A stretch of 52,238 bases of DNA from Saprospiraceae bacterium (GTDB taxonomy: Bacteria; Bacteroidota; Bacteroidia; Chitinophagales; Saprospiraceae), in the NCBI GenBank assembly GCA_043752765.1, contig JAYUXX010000240.1, positions 1-52,238 on the forward strand. The letters are read 5' to 3'. The position numbers and the translations under genes were made by a program. This document shows, piece by piece, positions 1 through 10,438 of this stretch (its first letter is position 1; the number at the start of each line of letters is the position of its first letter). The notes beneath the pieces are model-generated. The model had not been told where the DNA came from, made no database searches, and saw nothing but the letters and a program-made list of their open reading frames with translations.

Positions 1-3000
1 TTCTGCGTTATTAATTCCTCATCGCGATATACTTCAGCATTCAGTATTTCATTTTTAAGGGATAGCATGCTGGAAAGTGGACCTGATTGGACTGGAAGAA
101 AACGTATACTAAAAACTTTACTATCGGACGTAATACGTTGGGTCACATGATTGCTCCAACTAAATCGAACTTCATTTTCAGAGACTAGAATGTTTTCATC
201 CGCGACGGAGAGGGATCCACCCGTAATTTCTAAAATTTTTAAATCATTTAATTGTAAACAGAATTGCATACCCGCAAGATCAATAAAATCACTTGCATAA
301 AAATCAACAGTCACAGGTATTCCCGTTGATAACATTTGCTCTTTAATGGACAGGTAGAAAACTTCGGAACTTCTGGAGCTGATGTCAGGAGAACCCATGT
401 TTACATCGGCATCCCCATTGACATCGCCGATTTTAACAGCCGTAAAATCGGCGTTAAGAAAGTCATTTTGAAGTCGCTCGATATCAATCGTTTCTTTAAA
501 TCCCCATGGGTACGCACCATTGAGAGCATCATCAGCCGTACCAAAACGCCAGCTCGTATTTTGCGGCAATTCAGTAGTAATTCCCAGGATCAATTTTCGG
601 AGTTCCAATAAATCTTTGGCACTGACATGATTACTCTTATTTGCATCAGCCGCAATGTATTTGTAAGGTGAATCAAAAGATTTTATCCCGAGCAAGTGTT
701 TCTGAATGTGCACCAGATCAAGGGTGCTGACTCCATTTGTAAAGTCAGTGTTATGATGAGCACTGATGTTACATGCGCTACCTTCCTGCACATTTTCAAA
801 AAGATACTTTCCGTTTTCATTGGTATGTGTGGACCGAGTGATGAGCGTTGAAAGATGCTCATTTAGTTTGATCGAAACATTACTGATTACTTCACCTTCA
901 GGCGTTTTTACAATACCTGAAATAATTTGACTTAAGCCTTCAAAAGGAGCACAACTCGCAGAAATGCGGATTTCATCTAAATCCCATGCAGCCACTGTAG
1001 CCCCATTGCCGATCAGGCAATACGGTAATAGTTCAAACCTGAAGGTTGCCGGATCTTCGATGATAAATTCGTTTTCATCTAAAAAGGAATAATCCTGCTC
1101 CGTCCATACTAAAGAGGTAGATATATTTTCGCGCCTGTAAATTTCAATACCATTTTTCAGAATGCGCAGGCCATACATTGTTGGATAGTTGTTTGGACCT
1201 GTACCACCACTGACCCAATCAAACGTAAGAGGAGCTTTTTGAAAAAACGAAAAGCCCGTGACATGAACTGCTGTATCCGGATCAGGCGTGATGGATACTT
1301 CAAAAACCAGGGACGCATTGCTCCCCGCATCATAATCACATGTATCTAGCGAACTGATACACATGGCCATCGAATTATTCACACCCGGTGTGCACGAATG
1401 TTTTTGCATGGATGCAGGTTCTCTGAAAAGAATGGATGCAGTAATATCTGCGCACGAAAGCGGCTCCGGTTGATCGACTGTAAATTCTGAATAGTCCATA
1501 TGAGAACCATTACTCATAAAAGATTCACATGCATTGAGGTCATAGTAAATGACTGTCTGAATAACTTTCACATTGATCGTCAGGATACTATCACAACCTG
1601 AGGCAGTAGTCAATTCCTGAATGTATTGACCTGCTTCGGTATATAGCTCACCATTGACATTCAGTATATCCCCTTGTACAATTAATGTATCAATGGTTTG
1701 TGTCAAGGGAGGATCTATAGCAAGTTGATAATCACATGAAGTTGAACATGTATCACCAAGTCCGGTGAGCCATACCACTTCAACATGATACATACCGGCT
1801 GAACCAACAGTCACCGTATTTCCATTTGGTGATCCGATAATACCCGGACCTGTCCATATAGTACTGATGATCTGAGGGCCTTCTATGGCCGATGGATGTA
1901 TTAGTGGATTCAGGACAACTTGCGTTGTGCTCCCCTGACATATGTGCAGTGGACCTTCAATTTCACAGGTATAATATCCTGGAAGTACAAGCACATCTTG
2001 TCTGACAATTCGTTGTGAAAACCACCAGGAATTTATTGTATTCAGATTGCCAAATCCGCTCACGGTATTATTGACAAAGGTGGACCACCGGTGACAGGGG
2101 ACACTACAACCCGAAAGTTGAACAGGAGGTTCTCCACTGCCGGAAAGCGTAGTGATATTAGAATCATCATAATAAAGCAATGGAATACTGGCGGCAGGTC
2201 TGACAGCTTCTAACCTGAAACCATCTGTCATAAATTCCGCATCATATATCGGGAAATGATAAATTCCCTGTGCATAAGAAATCGTAATCGGTATCTGTGT
2301 TCCGGCTACTTCAGGAAGTAAGTTTCCTAAACCATCCAGGCCATTCCATGCAATGCAAGAGGGAATACCCACCTCGCCTGGTGTTACGATGTGTGTAATC
2401 AACACATCTCTGGTACCTGGAGTAAACACATCATCCTGTCCATCAAAATCAAGAAGGAGATCAACCTGGCCTTCTTTGGAGGTTGTGAATTTTATACAGT
2501 AATCACCGGCATCACATCGACTGATCCCATTTAAGGTAATCTGCCCCACAACCGCTGTTTCACACAGTTCTACGGGGTCATTTAGAAATATAGCGTATTC
2601 AGATTGTGTTGCGTTGAACAATTCAATGCTCTTTCGATCTGTTTCAATATCACCTGTGTTTTGACTGCCGAATCGATTAAAGGCAATATTAAATGCAGCG
2701 GGACGGAAACCACTGCCGTTGAAGTCTATTTTGGTGATGAATGCTTTGTCAACATCATCGGGATCAGGAGCGCACACATAAAAAGCTCCGTTGAATGGGC
2801 GAGTCGGAAATCCAAAATCGTTTATTGAAAAAATAGACCAGTTGTATGACCATATGCGTCCTTTTTTTTCAACCGGTGTTGGAGGTGCACAATCGGCAAC
2901 TGTAATATCCCAAAAATCAATGAGCACATCCGCATCTCCTGCGCTTAAAAATTCAACATAATAATCTCCTTTCCCAGTCCAGCCTTGTGAAGCAAGATCG

Positions 3001-3455
3001 GCGGACGTGATGTGATGTGCATTAAAACCTGCGGCTCCGTGTATCTGCATGGGACCCGTAAATCCTTGTGACCAATTTTGAATATTTCCACCGGTAGAAG
3101 GGATTGTCACTGGGCCAAAGACTACATTTCCTGCCGGATCCTTTACACGGTATTCGTAATTGAGTCGGGTGGGAGTCGGTGATGTGACATTCATGTGACC
3201 AAAACTAAATCCCAGATATACACACTCTTTAGCAGGATCTGTGATGTGGATATACAATCGGCTATGAGGGTCGGCATTGGTATAAGATGCAAAGTTGTTG
3301 TAGGACGGATGATTGATATGAAGAGCGGCTACGTCAGTAGTCATACTCTCGTTTATAATGATGTTTCCATTGGGAGCCATTTCACGGGTTCCTTCACCGG
3401 AAACATTCGTGTTGAACGCCATAACGAGGCATAGGAAGGGTAATATAAATCTCAT
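1..3455 (-). CDS. Very large secreted multidomain protein, 3'-partial (open to window start)
   Basis: Not in the ORF track because no stop lies inside the window. My manual minus-strand translation from ATG (3455-3453) gives MRFILPFLCLVMAFNTNVSGEG... (signal-peptide-like) and stayed open to position 1 (>1150 codons). Only short antisense or out-of-frame ORFs compete. It has a carboxypeptidase-regulatory-like stretch ISGIVKTPEGEVISNVSIKL..NENGKYLFENV and dockerin-like DANKSNHVSAKDLLELRKLILG / GDVNGDADVN. Confidence 0.75.
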   Translation of the reverse strand, partial: MRFILPFLCLVMAFNTNVSGEGTREMAPNGNIIINESMTTDVAALHINHPSYNNFASYTNADPHSRLYIHITDPAKECVYLGFSFGHMNVTSPTPTRLNYEYRVKDPAGNVVFGPVTIPSTGGNIQNWSQGFTGPMQIHGAAGFNAHHITSADLASQGWTGKGDYYVEFLSAGDADVLIDFWDITVADCAPPTPVEKKGRIWSYNWSIFSINDFGFPTRPFNGAFYVCAPDPDDVDKAFITKIDFNGSGFRPAAFNIAFNRFGSQNTGDIETDRKSIELFNATQSEYAIFLNDPVELCETAVVGQITLNGISRCDAGDYCIKFTTSKEGQVDLLLDFDGQDDVFTPGTRDVLITHIVTPGEVGIPSCIAWNGLDGLGNLLPEVAGTQIPITISYAQGIYHFPIYDAEFMTDGFRLEAVRPAASIPLLYYDDSNITTLSGSGEPPVQLSGCSVPCHRWSTFVNNTVSGFGNLNTINSWWFSQRIVRQDVLVLPGYYTCEIEGPLHICQGSTTQVVLNPLIHPSAIEGPQIISTIWTGPGIIGSPNGNTVTVGSAGMYHVEVVWLTGLGDTCSTSCDYQLAIDPPLTQTIDTLIVQGDILNVNGELYTEAGQYIQELTTASGCDSILTINVKVIQTVIYYDLNACESFMSNGSHMDYSEFTVDQPEPLSCADITASILFREPASMQKHSCTPGVNNSMAMCISSLDTCDYDAGSNASLVFEVSITPDPDTAVHVTGFSFFQKAPLTFDWVSGGTGPNNYPTMYGLRILKNGIEIYRRENISTSLVWTEQDYSFLDENEFIIEDPATFRFELLPYCLIGNGATVAAWDLDEIRISASCAPFEGLSQIISGIVKTPEGEVISNVSIKLNEHLSTLITRSTHTNENGKYLFENVQEGSACNISAHHNTDFTNGVSTLDLVHIQKHLLGIKSFDSPYKYIAADANKSNHVSAKDLLELRKLILGITTELPQNTSWRFGTADDALNGAYPWGFKETIDIERLQNDFLNADFTAVKIGDVNGDADVNMGSPDISSRSSEVFYLSIKEQMLSTGIPVTVDFYASDFIDLAGMQFCLQLNDLKILEITGGSLSVADENILVSENEVRFSWSNHVTQRITSDSKVFSIRFLPVQSGPLSSMLSLKNEILNAEVYRDEELITQ

Positions 3456-3662
3456 GTTGGGTTGGTTCGGAAGTGTAAATTTTATCTTCTGTATTAAAGA
3501 GCACGCTCAAGATAGCGAATGAAATTATAGACAGGTAACCAGTAGCAAAATTCATTTATCCCGTAAAAAGGAGAACGTAAATAAACAGTTTGCTTTCCCC
3601 TAATCCTCCGCATGAATAAAGGATCAAGGGCAAAACCTCCAACTTTGATTGTAATGAATTAC

Positions 3663-4073
3663 TCAATTAGGAGTCGTATACCAGGGCATAAATGTGATCT
3701 CCCATTGATGTCCGTCAGGATCTAAAAAATTGGCCGTGTATCCCCAGGTCTCTTGCTTTGTATCGCCTACCTGCTTTCCGCCAAACTGCAGGGCATTGAG
3801 AAGAATTTCATCAACTTCTGACTTGCTATCTGCAATGTGACTAATTATAAAACCCGCAGAGCTGTCTTTCTGATTAGCATCGCCCGCTATTTTTAGAAAA
3901 TCCATTCGATTGTAAAGCACCAAGCTTAGCCCGTCTTCAAGGTCGAATAATATATGATCTTCATGACCCTCCTTAATTCCTTTAGTAGGCAAGCCCAGAC
4001 CATCTTTATAAAACCGAATCGATCGGTGTATATCGCTTACCGCAAGAGTTATAAAATTAATTCTTGGTTTCAT
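3663..4073 (-). CDS. VOC family (glyoxalase/bleomycin-resistance fold) protein
   Basis: 136 aa. The N-terminal INFITLAVSDIHRSIRFYKDGLGL is typical of VOC modules. It overlaps the upstream gene by 17 nt, which suggests an operon. Confidence 0.8.
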   Translation of the reverse strand: MKPRINFITLAVSDIHRSIRFYKDGLGLPTKGIKEGHEDHILFDLEDGLSLVLYNRMDFLKIAGDANQKDSSAGFIISHIADSKSEVDEILLNALQFGGKQVGDTKQETWGYTANFLDPDGHQWEITFMPWYTTPN

Positions 4074-4512
4074 GGTCAGATGAGTTTCCTTTTTCTAAAA
4101 ATTCTTGCAGGTTAGTGCCAATGATTTCATTCCAGCCCGCAGCAAAGTTTTCTTGGGCGAGATCGAGGTTTTCTTTTGGAAAAGTTTCTAAACCTTTATG
4201 CGTTAACCTTAGTCGTGTCTGATCACCCTCATCAAATAATTCAAAGGTGACAAAAGATTTTCCTGCATAACCATCATAACGCCAACTATACGTAAGCTTT
4301 TGTTCGGGTACCACCTCTGTAATTTCACATATATGCAAATAGGATTTTTCCGGCGGGCCCCCTTCGAATTGAAACGTAAAACCTACTTCTGCTTTAAGTT
4401 CAGCAAGATCGAAATACCATGCTTTCATGTCCTCTTTTGTAGTAATCGCTTTCCAGACCTTTGAAATATGAGCATTGTATTTTCGCTCTATGATAAAGGG
4501 ATTCTGATTCAT
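4057..4512 (-). CDS. SRPBCC superfamily protein (AHSA1-like domain)
   Basis: 151 aa. IERKYNAHISKVWKAITTKEDMKAWYF resembles the AHSA1/SRPBCC N-terminus. It overlaps the ArsR gene by 4 nt, a pairing that is commonly seen. Confidence 0.75.
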   Translation of the reverse strand: MNQNPFIIERKYNAHISKVWKAITTKEDMKAWYFDLAELKAEVGFTFQFEGGPPEKSYLHICEITEVVPEQKLTYSWRYDGYAGKSFVTFELFDEGDQTRLRLTHKGLETFPKENLDLAQENFAAGWNEIIGTNLQEFLEKGNSSDHETKN

Positions 4513-4859
4513 GATGTTATGTCTTTAGGAGGTTTATGTTTTATAGTTGTTGCGGTTTCCGTTTTTAGAAAATTGTCAAGTGCATTAAGTTTTTGATTCC
4601 AGAATGTTCTATACTGATCAATCCATGCAGAAACTTCACTCAGTCTTTGCAGGTGGGCATGACAGATTTTTTCACGGCCGGTCTGCTGGATCGTGATCAG
4701 GCCACATTCATTCAGTATTTTAATGTGTTTGGAGATCGCCGTTCGGCTTACGTCAAATTTTTCTGCTACGGCATTTACATTCAGTGATTGATGGGATAGC
4801 ATAGAGATGATATCTCTTCGCGTGGGATCTGCAATTGCCTGAAAGGGATCTCTTCTCAT
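4509..4859 (-). CDS. ArsR/SmtB family winged-helix transcriptional regulator
   Basis: FQAIADPTRRDIISML...VNAVAEKFDVSRTAISKHIKILNECGLI matches the ArsR HTH. I prefer the ATG at 4859 (MRRDPF) over the track's TTG start at 4889. Confidence 0.85.
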   Translation of the reverse strand: MRRDPFQAIADPTRRDIISMLSHQSLNVNAVAEKFDVSRTAISKHIKILNECGLITIQQTGREKICHAHLQRLSEVSAWIDQYRTFWNQKLNALDNFLKTETATTIKHKPPKDITS

Positions 4860-5464
4860 ATTCGTAACGGTAGTATGTAAGGGATCCAAATATATAGGAA
4901 ACCTTTTGGTTACTCAATTTTCCTTTCTCAAAAACCTTTGCAGCTTTTACACTTCGTCATCTCATTCCTGAGCACATATTTTTTGATTTAAAAACGATAT
5001 CGGATGTGCAGAAATCAATATGGATTTGACTGCATTTTATAATTCATTTTAGGAGTGACTTTAGGGTTTCGAACCATTCAAATAGAAGATTCCCACTTGA
5101 AATTAAGATGCTGGAACATAGAGTTTATATATATTATTATTTTCCTTTATATTTGAATTGTAACGAAACTGAAAATTGTAGGAATTAAATCAACATTCCT
5201 TCGAATCGAATCGTTATACTAACAAATATCCCATGATGCGTTTTGTCTATCGTATACTAAATCTCTTCAGAGGCCGAAAACCTCAGAAGCCTGTGACGGT
5301 TCCGCCGGCCAGGAATGAAGAGTATGAACGCTGGTTAGGAATCTGATTTCCAAACCACGTTCATGAACATATCAATTCAGCATTCTTGTTGACAGACAAG
5401 TCCTTAGAACTTTATGCCCCATACCTCTCCTCTTCAATATTCATTATTTTAGGATCACCTATTT

Positions 5465-7174
5465 CTACATACCAATATCCGGTTGAATCACCCTGGCTTT
5501 AGCTCTTAATTCATTGGCTTTTGCCATATCATTTTTTAACTGGTAAGCATTTGCAGCATTCCACAATACAGATGCTGACTGCGGATATCGGGCGACCGCC
5601 TTCTCTGCGATAAGAAGATTTTTATCAAAATCATTCATTGACCTGTAGATGGACATAAGATTCACATACGTTGGCATAGTCGAAGGATCAATTGCAAGCG
5701 CCCGCTCAAGTGTAGCAGCTGCCTCATCCAGGCGATTGAATGTTTTGTATTCCGTTCCGAGGTTCACAAGTGCAGGTACATGATTCGGATTAGACTGGAC
5801 AGCTTTTTCAAAATAACGAAGCGCATCTTCATTACGCTTTAGCGCCCGCAACTCAAGCCCCATCATATTATTAAACCGGGGAGAGTTAGGCGAAACCTTT
5901 AGCGTAGCCTCGGAAAGTGTGTAATTGTTTTTCCATTCTCCCGCCCGCACCCACGTTCGCACACTAAAGAATACCATGATAGCAGAGATCAGAACCAATG
6001 CCGGAACCCGGAATTTTTGCGCATTATACATCTTTACAAGAAGAGCCGCAATAGACACGATCAATCCTATAGAAGGGATATAGAGAATTCGCTCAGCCTT
6101 TAAAAATCCTGCCGCGAAAAGAAAATTAGCAACAGGCCCCAGGGTCAAGAAGAAAAATAAAATGCCCCACGATAAACTTTGCATTCGATGTCGCAGCCAA
6201 AAAGCAATCCATAAGCATAAAAGAATAACGATGAAAGAGATGATTACGGACAGATTGCCCCATCCTGCGATCGGCACTTCATCAGACCAATAATCGGCTG
6301 TTAATTTTAAAGGGAATAAATGCATTCCGATATATTCAAACGTGGTTCTGACCGAAGTCGCCATTCGTTCTGATGCTTCAACTTCAAGCCATTGTTCATG
6401 CGGAACTGTCGGTCCTGTTACTGCACTTCTCACTATCCATAATCCTATTGCTATAACAACTATGGAACCTAAAGCGACCCATACTCTGCCGGATACACCT
6501 TGAAATATTTTGGCCTTGAGGTGATAAAAAACTTCCTGTAATCCAAGGATTACGGGTAGCATAAAACCATGTTCCTTCGAAGTTATCGCAGCAATTGTCG
6601 ATAATAAAAGCCCAATTAGCCATTTGGAGCTTCCTTCTTTTCTCCAATGATGATAACAGATCGCGGCCAATAGAATAAATAGTGCTGCCAGGATTTCCGC
6701 TCTGCCTACGATACCCGCAACTGCTTCTGTATGGATAGGATGTATAGCAAATAAAACACCGGACAAGATTGTCAGTCGGAGATCCTTAAAGATCAGATTG
6801 ACAAATTTCATCAACACAAAACATGTCAAAGCATGCAGTAGAATGTTGAGGATGTGGAAAGGAATTGGATTGTCACCCAGTATCACATATTGGAGAGCAT
6901 ATGTGGTAAGCGTGAGTGGCCTATATAAACCTGTATCCGAAGCATCCATCTTTCCCGCCCAATAATGCGAGGACCAAATGCGGGGCAACTGATCAAGCGA
7001 TTTTATAAATTCATTATCCTCAACGATAAGGACATCATCCAATGTGAAGTCAGCATTGAAAGAAGGGATATACACAAGGATTGCTATCAAAGGAACAGCC
7101 CACCAGGCATGTTGGAACCAGGAAGGTATCTGCGGAAGTTGTTTCTTCTTCTTAGCCATAGAATTGATGGCCAC
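5465..7174 (-). CDS. Polytopic membrane protein with C-terminal TPR repeats (TMTC/DUF1736-like)
   Basis: 569 aa with many hydrophobic helices. YRPLTLTTYALQY and HPIHTEAVAGIVGRAEILAALF are DUF1736-like. C-terminal TPR units include ALRYFEKAVQSNPNHVPALVNLG and LERALAIDPSTMPTYVNL. Confidence 0.7.
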   Translation of the reverse strand: MAINSMAKKKKQLPQIPSWFQHAWWAVPLIAILVYIPSFNADFTLDDVLIVEDNEFIKSLDQLPRIWSSHYWAGKMDASDTGLYRPLTLTTYALQYVILGDNPIPFHILNILLHALTCFVLMKFVNLIFKDLRLTILSGVLFAIHPIHTEAVAGIVGRAEILAALFILLAAICYHHWRKEGSSKWLIGLLLSTIAAITSKEHGFMLPVILGLQEVFYHLKAKIFQGVSGRVWVALGSIVVIAIGLWIVRSAVTGPTVPHEQWLEVEASERMATSVRTTFEYIGMHLFPLKLTADYWSDEVPIAGWGNLSVIISFIVILLCLWIAFWLRHRMQSLSWGILFFFLTLGPVANFLFAAGFLKAERILYIPSIGLIVSIAALLVKMYNAQKFRVPALVLISAIMVFFSVRTWVRAGEWKNNYTLSEATLKVSPNSPRFNNMMGLELRALKRNEDALRYFEKAVQSNPNHVPALVNLGTEYKTFNRLDEAAATLERALAIDPSTMPTYVNLMSIYRSMNDFDKNLLIAEKAVARYPQSASVLWNAANAYQLKNDMAKANELRAKARVIQPDIGM

Positions 7175-7359
7175 AAAATAAGCAGAAGAGAATGAGAATT
7201 AAGGCGATTTAAAAACCTGGGTCCTTAGCTCATTTGATTCTCATTTCCAAATACCAATTTCCAGAAGAGACTTTGTAAAAAAGGATCAGGCACATCGAAA
7301 CGCGCCCCATTTATTTTTAACAACCAATGATGGATGGTACTATGGCTTAAAATACTTTG

Positions 7360-8055
7360 TTAGTTAGCATCGATGACAGCCCCGGAGCCGGTAATTTGTG
7401 CATTGATAGAAGGGTGTCCTTTATAAAACACATCACCACTTCCAACGATAAACACATCGAGGTCGGTCTCTACAAAAACTTCTGCGCTACCACTCCCTTC
7501 AAGACGAACATCTGTAAGTTTCGTATCAAGACCAAATGCTCTCAACCAGCCACTTCCTGTAATATCCGCATCAAACGTCTGAATATTTCCCTCCAGATAA
7601 ACATAACCCGATCCGGTTATTTCCAAATCAAGATCATCCGTATCAATTGCAAAATCGAGTTCGCCTGATCCGCTTAAACTGATGTCGATATTTCTGTCCT
7701 GGGTAAAATGACTCTCTCCATATATTAAACTGCTTCCTGAACATTCGAGTTTGCTAATTTCCGGAACATATACTTGAATAAGAAGATCCGTCGGATTGTT
7801 GCCATGTTCTTCGACGATGAGTTTATCGTTTACAACCCTTACTTCTACATTATTCACATCGCGTTCACGGCCTTGTATAGTTACCCTATGAATATCGGAC
7901 TGTATGATGCGAATATCTGAGGAACCTTCAAGCCGGATTTCATCGAATGGAAGTGTATCCAGAGTGAGCTCGATTTCCTGGATCCCGTTTTCATCATCGC
8001 AAGCGACAAGGCCTATTACTAATGATAGGATCAGAACGGTGTACATTGATTTCAT
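7360..8055 (-). CDS. DUF2807 (head GIN domain) lipoprotein
   Basis: Lipobox-like LVIGLVAC. Repeated GSGx beta-strand units (ITGSGYV, EGSGSAEV, VGSGDVFYKGHP, ITGSGAV) are typical of DUF2807. Confidence 0.7.
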   Translation of the reverse strand: MKSMYTVLILSLVIGLVACDDENGIQEIELTLDTLPFDEIRLEGSSDIRIIQSDIHRVTIQGRERDVNNVEVRVVNDKLIVEEHGNNPTDLLIQVYVPEISKLECSGSSLIYGESHFTQDRNIDISLSGSGELDFAIDTDDLDLEITGSGYVYLEGNIQTFDADITGSGWLRAFGLDTKLTDVRLEGSGSAEVFVETDLDVFIVGSGDVFYKGHPSINAQITGSGAVIDAN

Positions 8056-8169
8056 ATAAGCGTGCGTTTTGTTTGTGAATCAAATGTATTCGGACGGTTA
8101 TAGGCATTTTATTTCGGGAATGTTAAGTTGGAGAACATTCACGTTAAACTGTGTTAATAGGGCTATTGT

Positions 8170-8189
8170 GGTTACTTTTGCACGCCAAT
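8170..8189. repeat. Left copy of the 20-bp direct repeat GGTTACTTTTGCACGCCAAT (putative attL core)
   Basis: Identical 20-mer at 49875-49894. The flanking bases differ on both sides. The integrase gene starts 187 bp inside. Confidence 0.8.
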
Positions 8190-8303
8190 TGTAACATTTC
8201 AAAAATAACTGGAAACAAATCAAAACAATCTAGCATAACCTATATAGTTAAAGGGTGCTAATACAAGCCTTATTTTAATATAGTATTATTATTTTCCGAG
8301 TAT

Positions 8304-8324
8304 ATTTGTACCTTATTTGTACCT
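8304..8324 (+). promoter_or_regulatory. Tandem ATTTGTACCT motifs upstream of the integrase (arm-type site or promoter element)
   Basis: ATTTGTACCT occurs at 8304-8313 and 8315-8324. A related pair AATTGTATCC / ATTTGTACCT sits at 49802-49822 near the other element end. TATATTTG at 8301-8308 also fits the TAnnTTTG -7 box. Confidence 0.4.
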
Positions 8325-8375
8325 CAATTATTTTAAGGCAATTTGCCCTCTAAAATTTTGGACTAACTATAGAAC

Positions 8376-9530
8376 ATGGCAATCAAAGTAAAGCTGAGGC
8401 AAAAGAAGATATCTGGAGATAGGAGGAGTTTATATCTGGACTTTTATCCAAATATTCTCCATCCCATCACCGGTAAGCCAACTAGGCGAGAGTTTCTTAA
8501 TCTTTATTTGTTCGAGGGGAATAGAAACCCAATTGATAAGAAGCATAATAAGGACACTATAACCCAAGCTGAATTTATTAGACAGAAGCGTGATAATGAG
8601 GTTAATAAGCCTGAGATCTATTCAGGATATGAGAAAGAGCAATTAAGACTTAAAGTCATTGGAGAAGGTTCTTTTATCGAATACTTTAAAAAATTAGGTG
8701 ACAAGAGAGCTGGTTCAAGAAACCATGGTTGGATTGTGCCACTACAATACCTTGAAAAATTTGCTGGGACCGAAGTCAGATTTACTGATCTCAATGAGAA
8801 GTTTTGTAATGATTTCAAAGACTTCCTTTTAACTGAGAACAGTATTAGAACTGGAAGGGATAAAGTTTCAAACAACACAGCAAGTGTTTATTTCAGCAAG
8901 TTTAAAGCAGCTTTAAGACAAGTTTATAAAGATGGTTTGATCCAAATCGATCTCACAGCAAGAATTTCACCAATTAGGTTAGAAGAGACAAGAAGACATC
9001 ATTTAACCTTAGAAGAAGTTAATGCATTAATTAAAACGGAATGCGAAAATTCGATTCTCAAGAGAGCTGCAATTTTTTCAGTTTACAGTGGACTAAGATT
9101 TTCAGATATTCAAAAACTTACCTGGGGAGAGATTAATAATAATAAAGGTGAAGGGTGCTTTATAAATTTCAAGCAGAAAAAAACGAAGGGAATTGAAACT
9201 CTCCCTATTTCTAAGGAGGCTTTTGATTTACTGGGAGATGAAAAAGACCAAAGCGCGAAGGTATTTGAGGATCTTCAATATTCTGCCTATCATAATATTG
9301 CTCTCGCAAAATGGATAAAATCAGCTGGAATATCCAAGCCTATAACTTTTCATGCGTTTCGACATACCTACGCAACACTTCTGTTAAGCCTTGGTACTGA
9401 TATCTATACAATTTCAAAATTGCTAGGGCATAGGGACCTAAAAACAACTCAGATCTATGCAAAGATTATTGATGAAACTAAGAGAGTTGCTGCCAGTAGG
9501 ATTCAACTAGATATCGGTACATATAAATAA
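8376..9530 (+). CDS. Tyrosine site-specific recombinase (phage integrase family, Bacteroidota type)
   Basis: Catalytic motifs GLRFSDIQKLTW (Arg), HAFRHTYATLLL (His-x-x-Arg) and LGHRDLKTTQIYAKI (His, Tyr). It lies next to the direct repeat. Confidence 0.92.
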   Translation: MAIKVKLRQKKISGDRRSLYLDFYPNILHPITGKPTRREFLNLYLFEGNRNPIDKKHNKDTITQAEFIRQKRDNEVNKPEIYSGYEKEQLRLKVIGEGSFIEYFKKLGDKRAGSRNHGWIVPLQYLEKFAGTEVRFTDLNEKFCNDFKDFLLTENSIRTGRDKVSNNTASVYFSKFKAALRQVYKDGLIQIDLTARISPIRLEETRRHHLTLEEVNALIKTECENSILKRAAIFSVYSGLRFSDIQKLTWGEINNNKGEGCFINFKQKKTKGIETLPISKEAFDLLGDEKDQSAKVFEDLQYSAYHNIALAKWIKSAGISKPITFHAFRHTYATLLLSLGTDIYTISKLLGHRDLKTTQIYAKIIDETKRVAASRIQLDIGTYK

Positions 9531-9645
9531 TTTATCAGACTAGGAAGTAAAGATTCATCAGGAGAAAGTATAATTTAACTCGTAACAAAGAGATCGGTAG
9601 CCGTTGAATAAATTAATAAGCAGCTAGTCACTAAGTCTAACACAA

Positions 9646-10353
9646 ATGCAAGAAGAGCAATACTTCAGACAAAAGAGTGAGGAAATTATAAATAGTACAG
9701 CACTCCGTTATTTGCCATTACAGGAAGACTTGAAATATGTTCAAAACCTCGTGTATGAAATTGCATTAGAATGGGATGATGAAATTAATGAACAGGGCAT
9801 AGAAACTTTATTAGCTGATTATAGAAAGAATTTGGTTAACCATAAAGAGCAAATATGGGTTTCAAAAAACAATGTGCAACGAGTTACGAGTCCTGCATCA
9901 ATTCCTTCCAATGGTAGTAGGACTGAGCTTATTAGCCAGATCTTCCTGTGGGTCACAATAGTGAAGATTGAAACTCTATGCATTGAGCTACTAGAGGAAA
10001 CTAAGCGCAATACAAAAGTAACCATTAAGGGCACGGAGTTAAGTAACACTTATTCACAAAGACAGGTCGCAATCGCATGCTTTGTATTGGATATAAAATT
10101 GACTGAGGAGAATGGATTGCTATATTTAGCGAAGTACACAAAGACAAAAAGTGTGCAAAAGTTCCTGACAAAAAGAATTTACAGGACTAAAGAACTTACC
10201 GAAGCTAGCGAAAACAAATCAACTAATACAAAGCATCTAAATGATTTGATGGCTGCCACTAGGTTAATAAGGGGTATTCATAATCCAAATGCTGAAAAGG
10301 CTATAAGCCAATACATAAAAGCGTTTGAAAGTTCCAGTTTAAGCAAACGATGA
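9646..10353 (+). CDS. Hypothetical protein of the element backbone
   Basis: 235-aa ORF in the int-xis module with no recognisable motif. Confidence 0.5.
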   Translation: MQEEQYFRQKSEEIINSTALRYLPLQEDLKYVQNLVYEIALEWDDEINEQGIETLLADYRKNLVNHKEQIWVSKNNVQRVTSPASIPSNGSRTELISQIFLWVTIVKIETLCIELLEETKRNTKVTIKGTELSNTYSQRQVAIACFVLDIKLTEENGLLYLAKYTKTKSVQKFLTKRIYRTKELTEASENKSTNTKHLNDLMAATRLIRGIHNPNAEKAISQYIKAFESSSLSKR

Positions 10354-10438
10354 AATTTTAACCACTTGGTACCCACTCGTACTAGGTTGGATCTTTAGAT
10401 TGAATAGACCTTTACAGCGATAACAAACCGTTGTAGTA

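Noticed and set aside
336-3434. Track ORFs 336-611 (+), 1157-1339 (-), 2604-2828 (+), 3195-3434 (+)
   Set aside because: All lie inside, antisense to, or out of frame with the >1150-codon minus-strand ORF that starts at 3455 and runs off the window. Their sequences are low-complexity and have no motifs.
5233-5346. 37-aa ORF MMRFVYRILNLFRGRKPQKPVTVPPARNEEYERWLGI in the 4890-5464 intergenic region
   Set aside because: No recognisable motif, no evident ribosome-binding or promoter context, and too short to support from sequence alone.
6396-7668. Track ORFs 6396-6647 (-), 6965-7195 (+), 7357-7668 (+)
   Set aside because: These are alternative-frame or antisense ORFs within the TPR membrane protein and DUF2807 genes, which have clear domain signatures.
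8056-8375. A tRNA or tmRNA gene as the integration target at the element boundary (49475-49905 also inspected)
   Set aside because: I could not find a cloverleaf-compatible sequence or conserved T-loop (GTTCRANNC) context. The repeat instead overlaps a promoter-like TAnnTTTG box.
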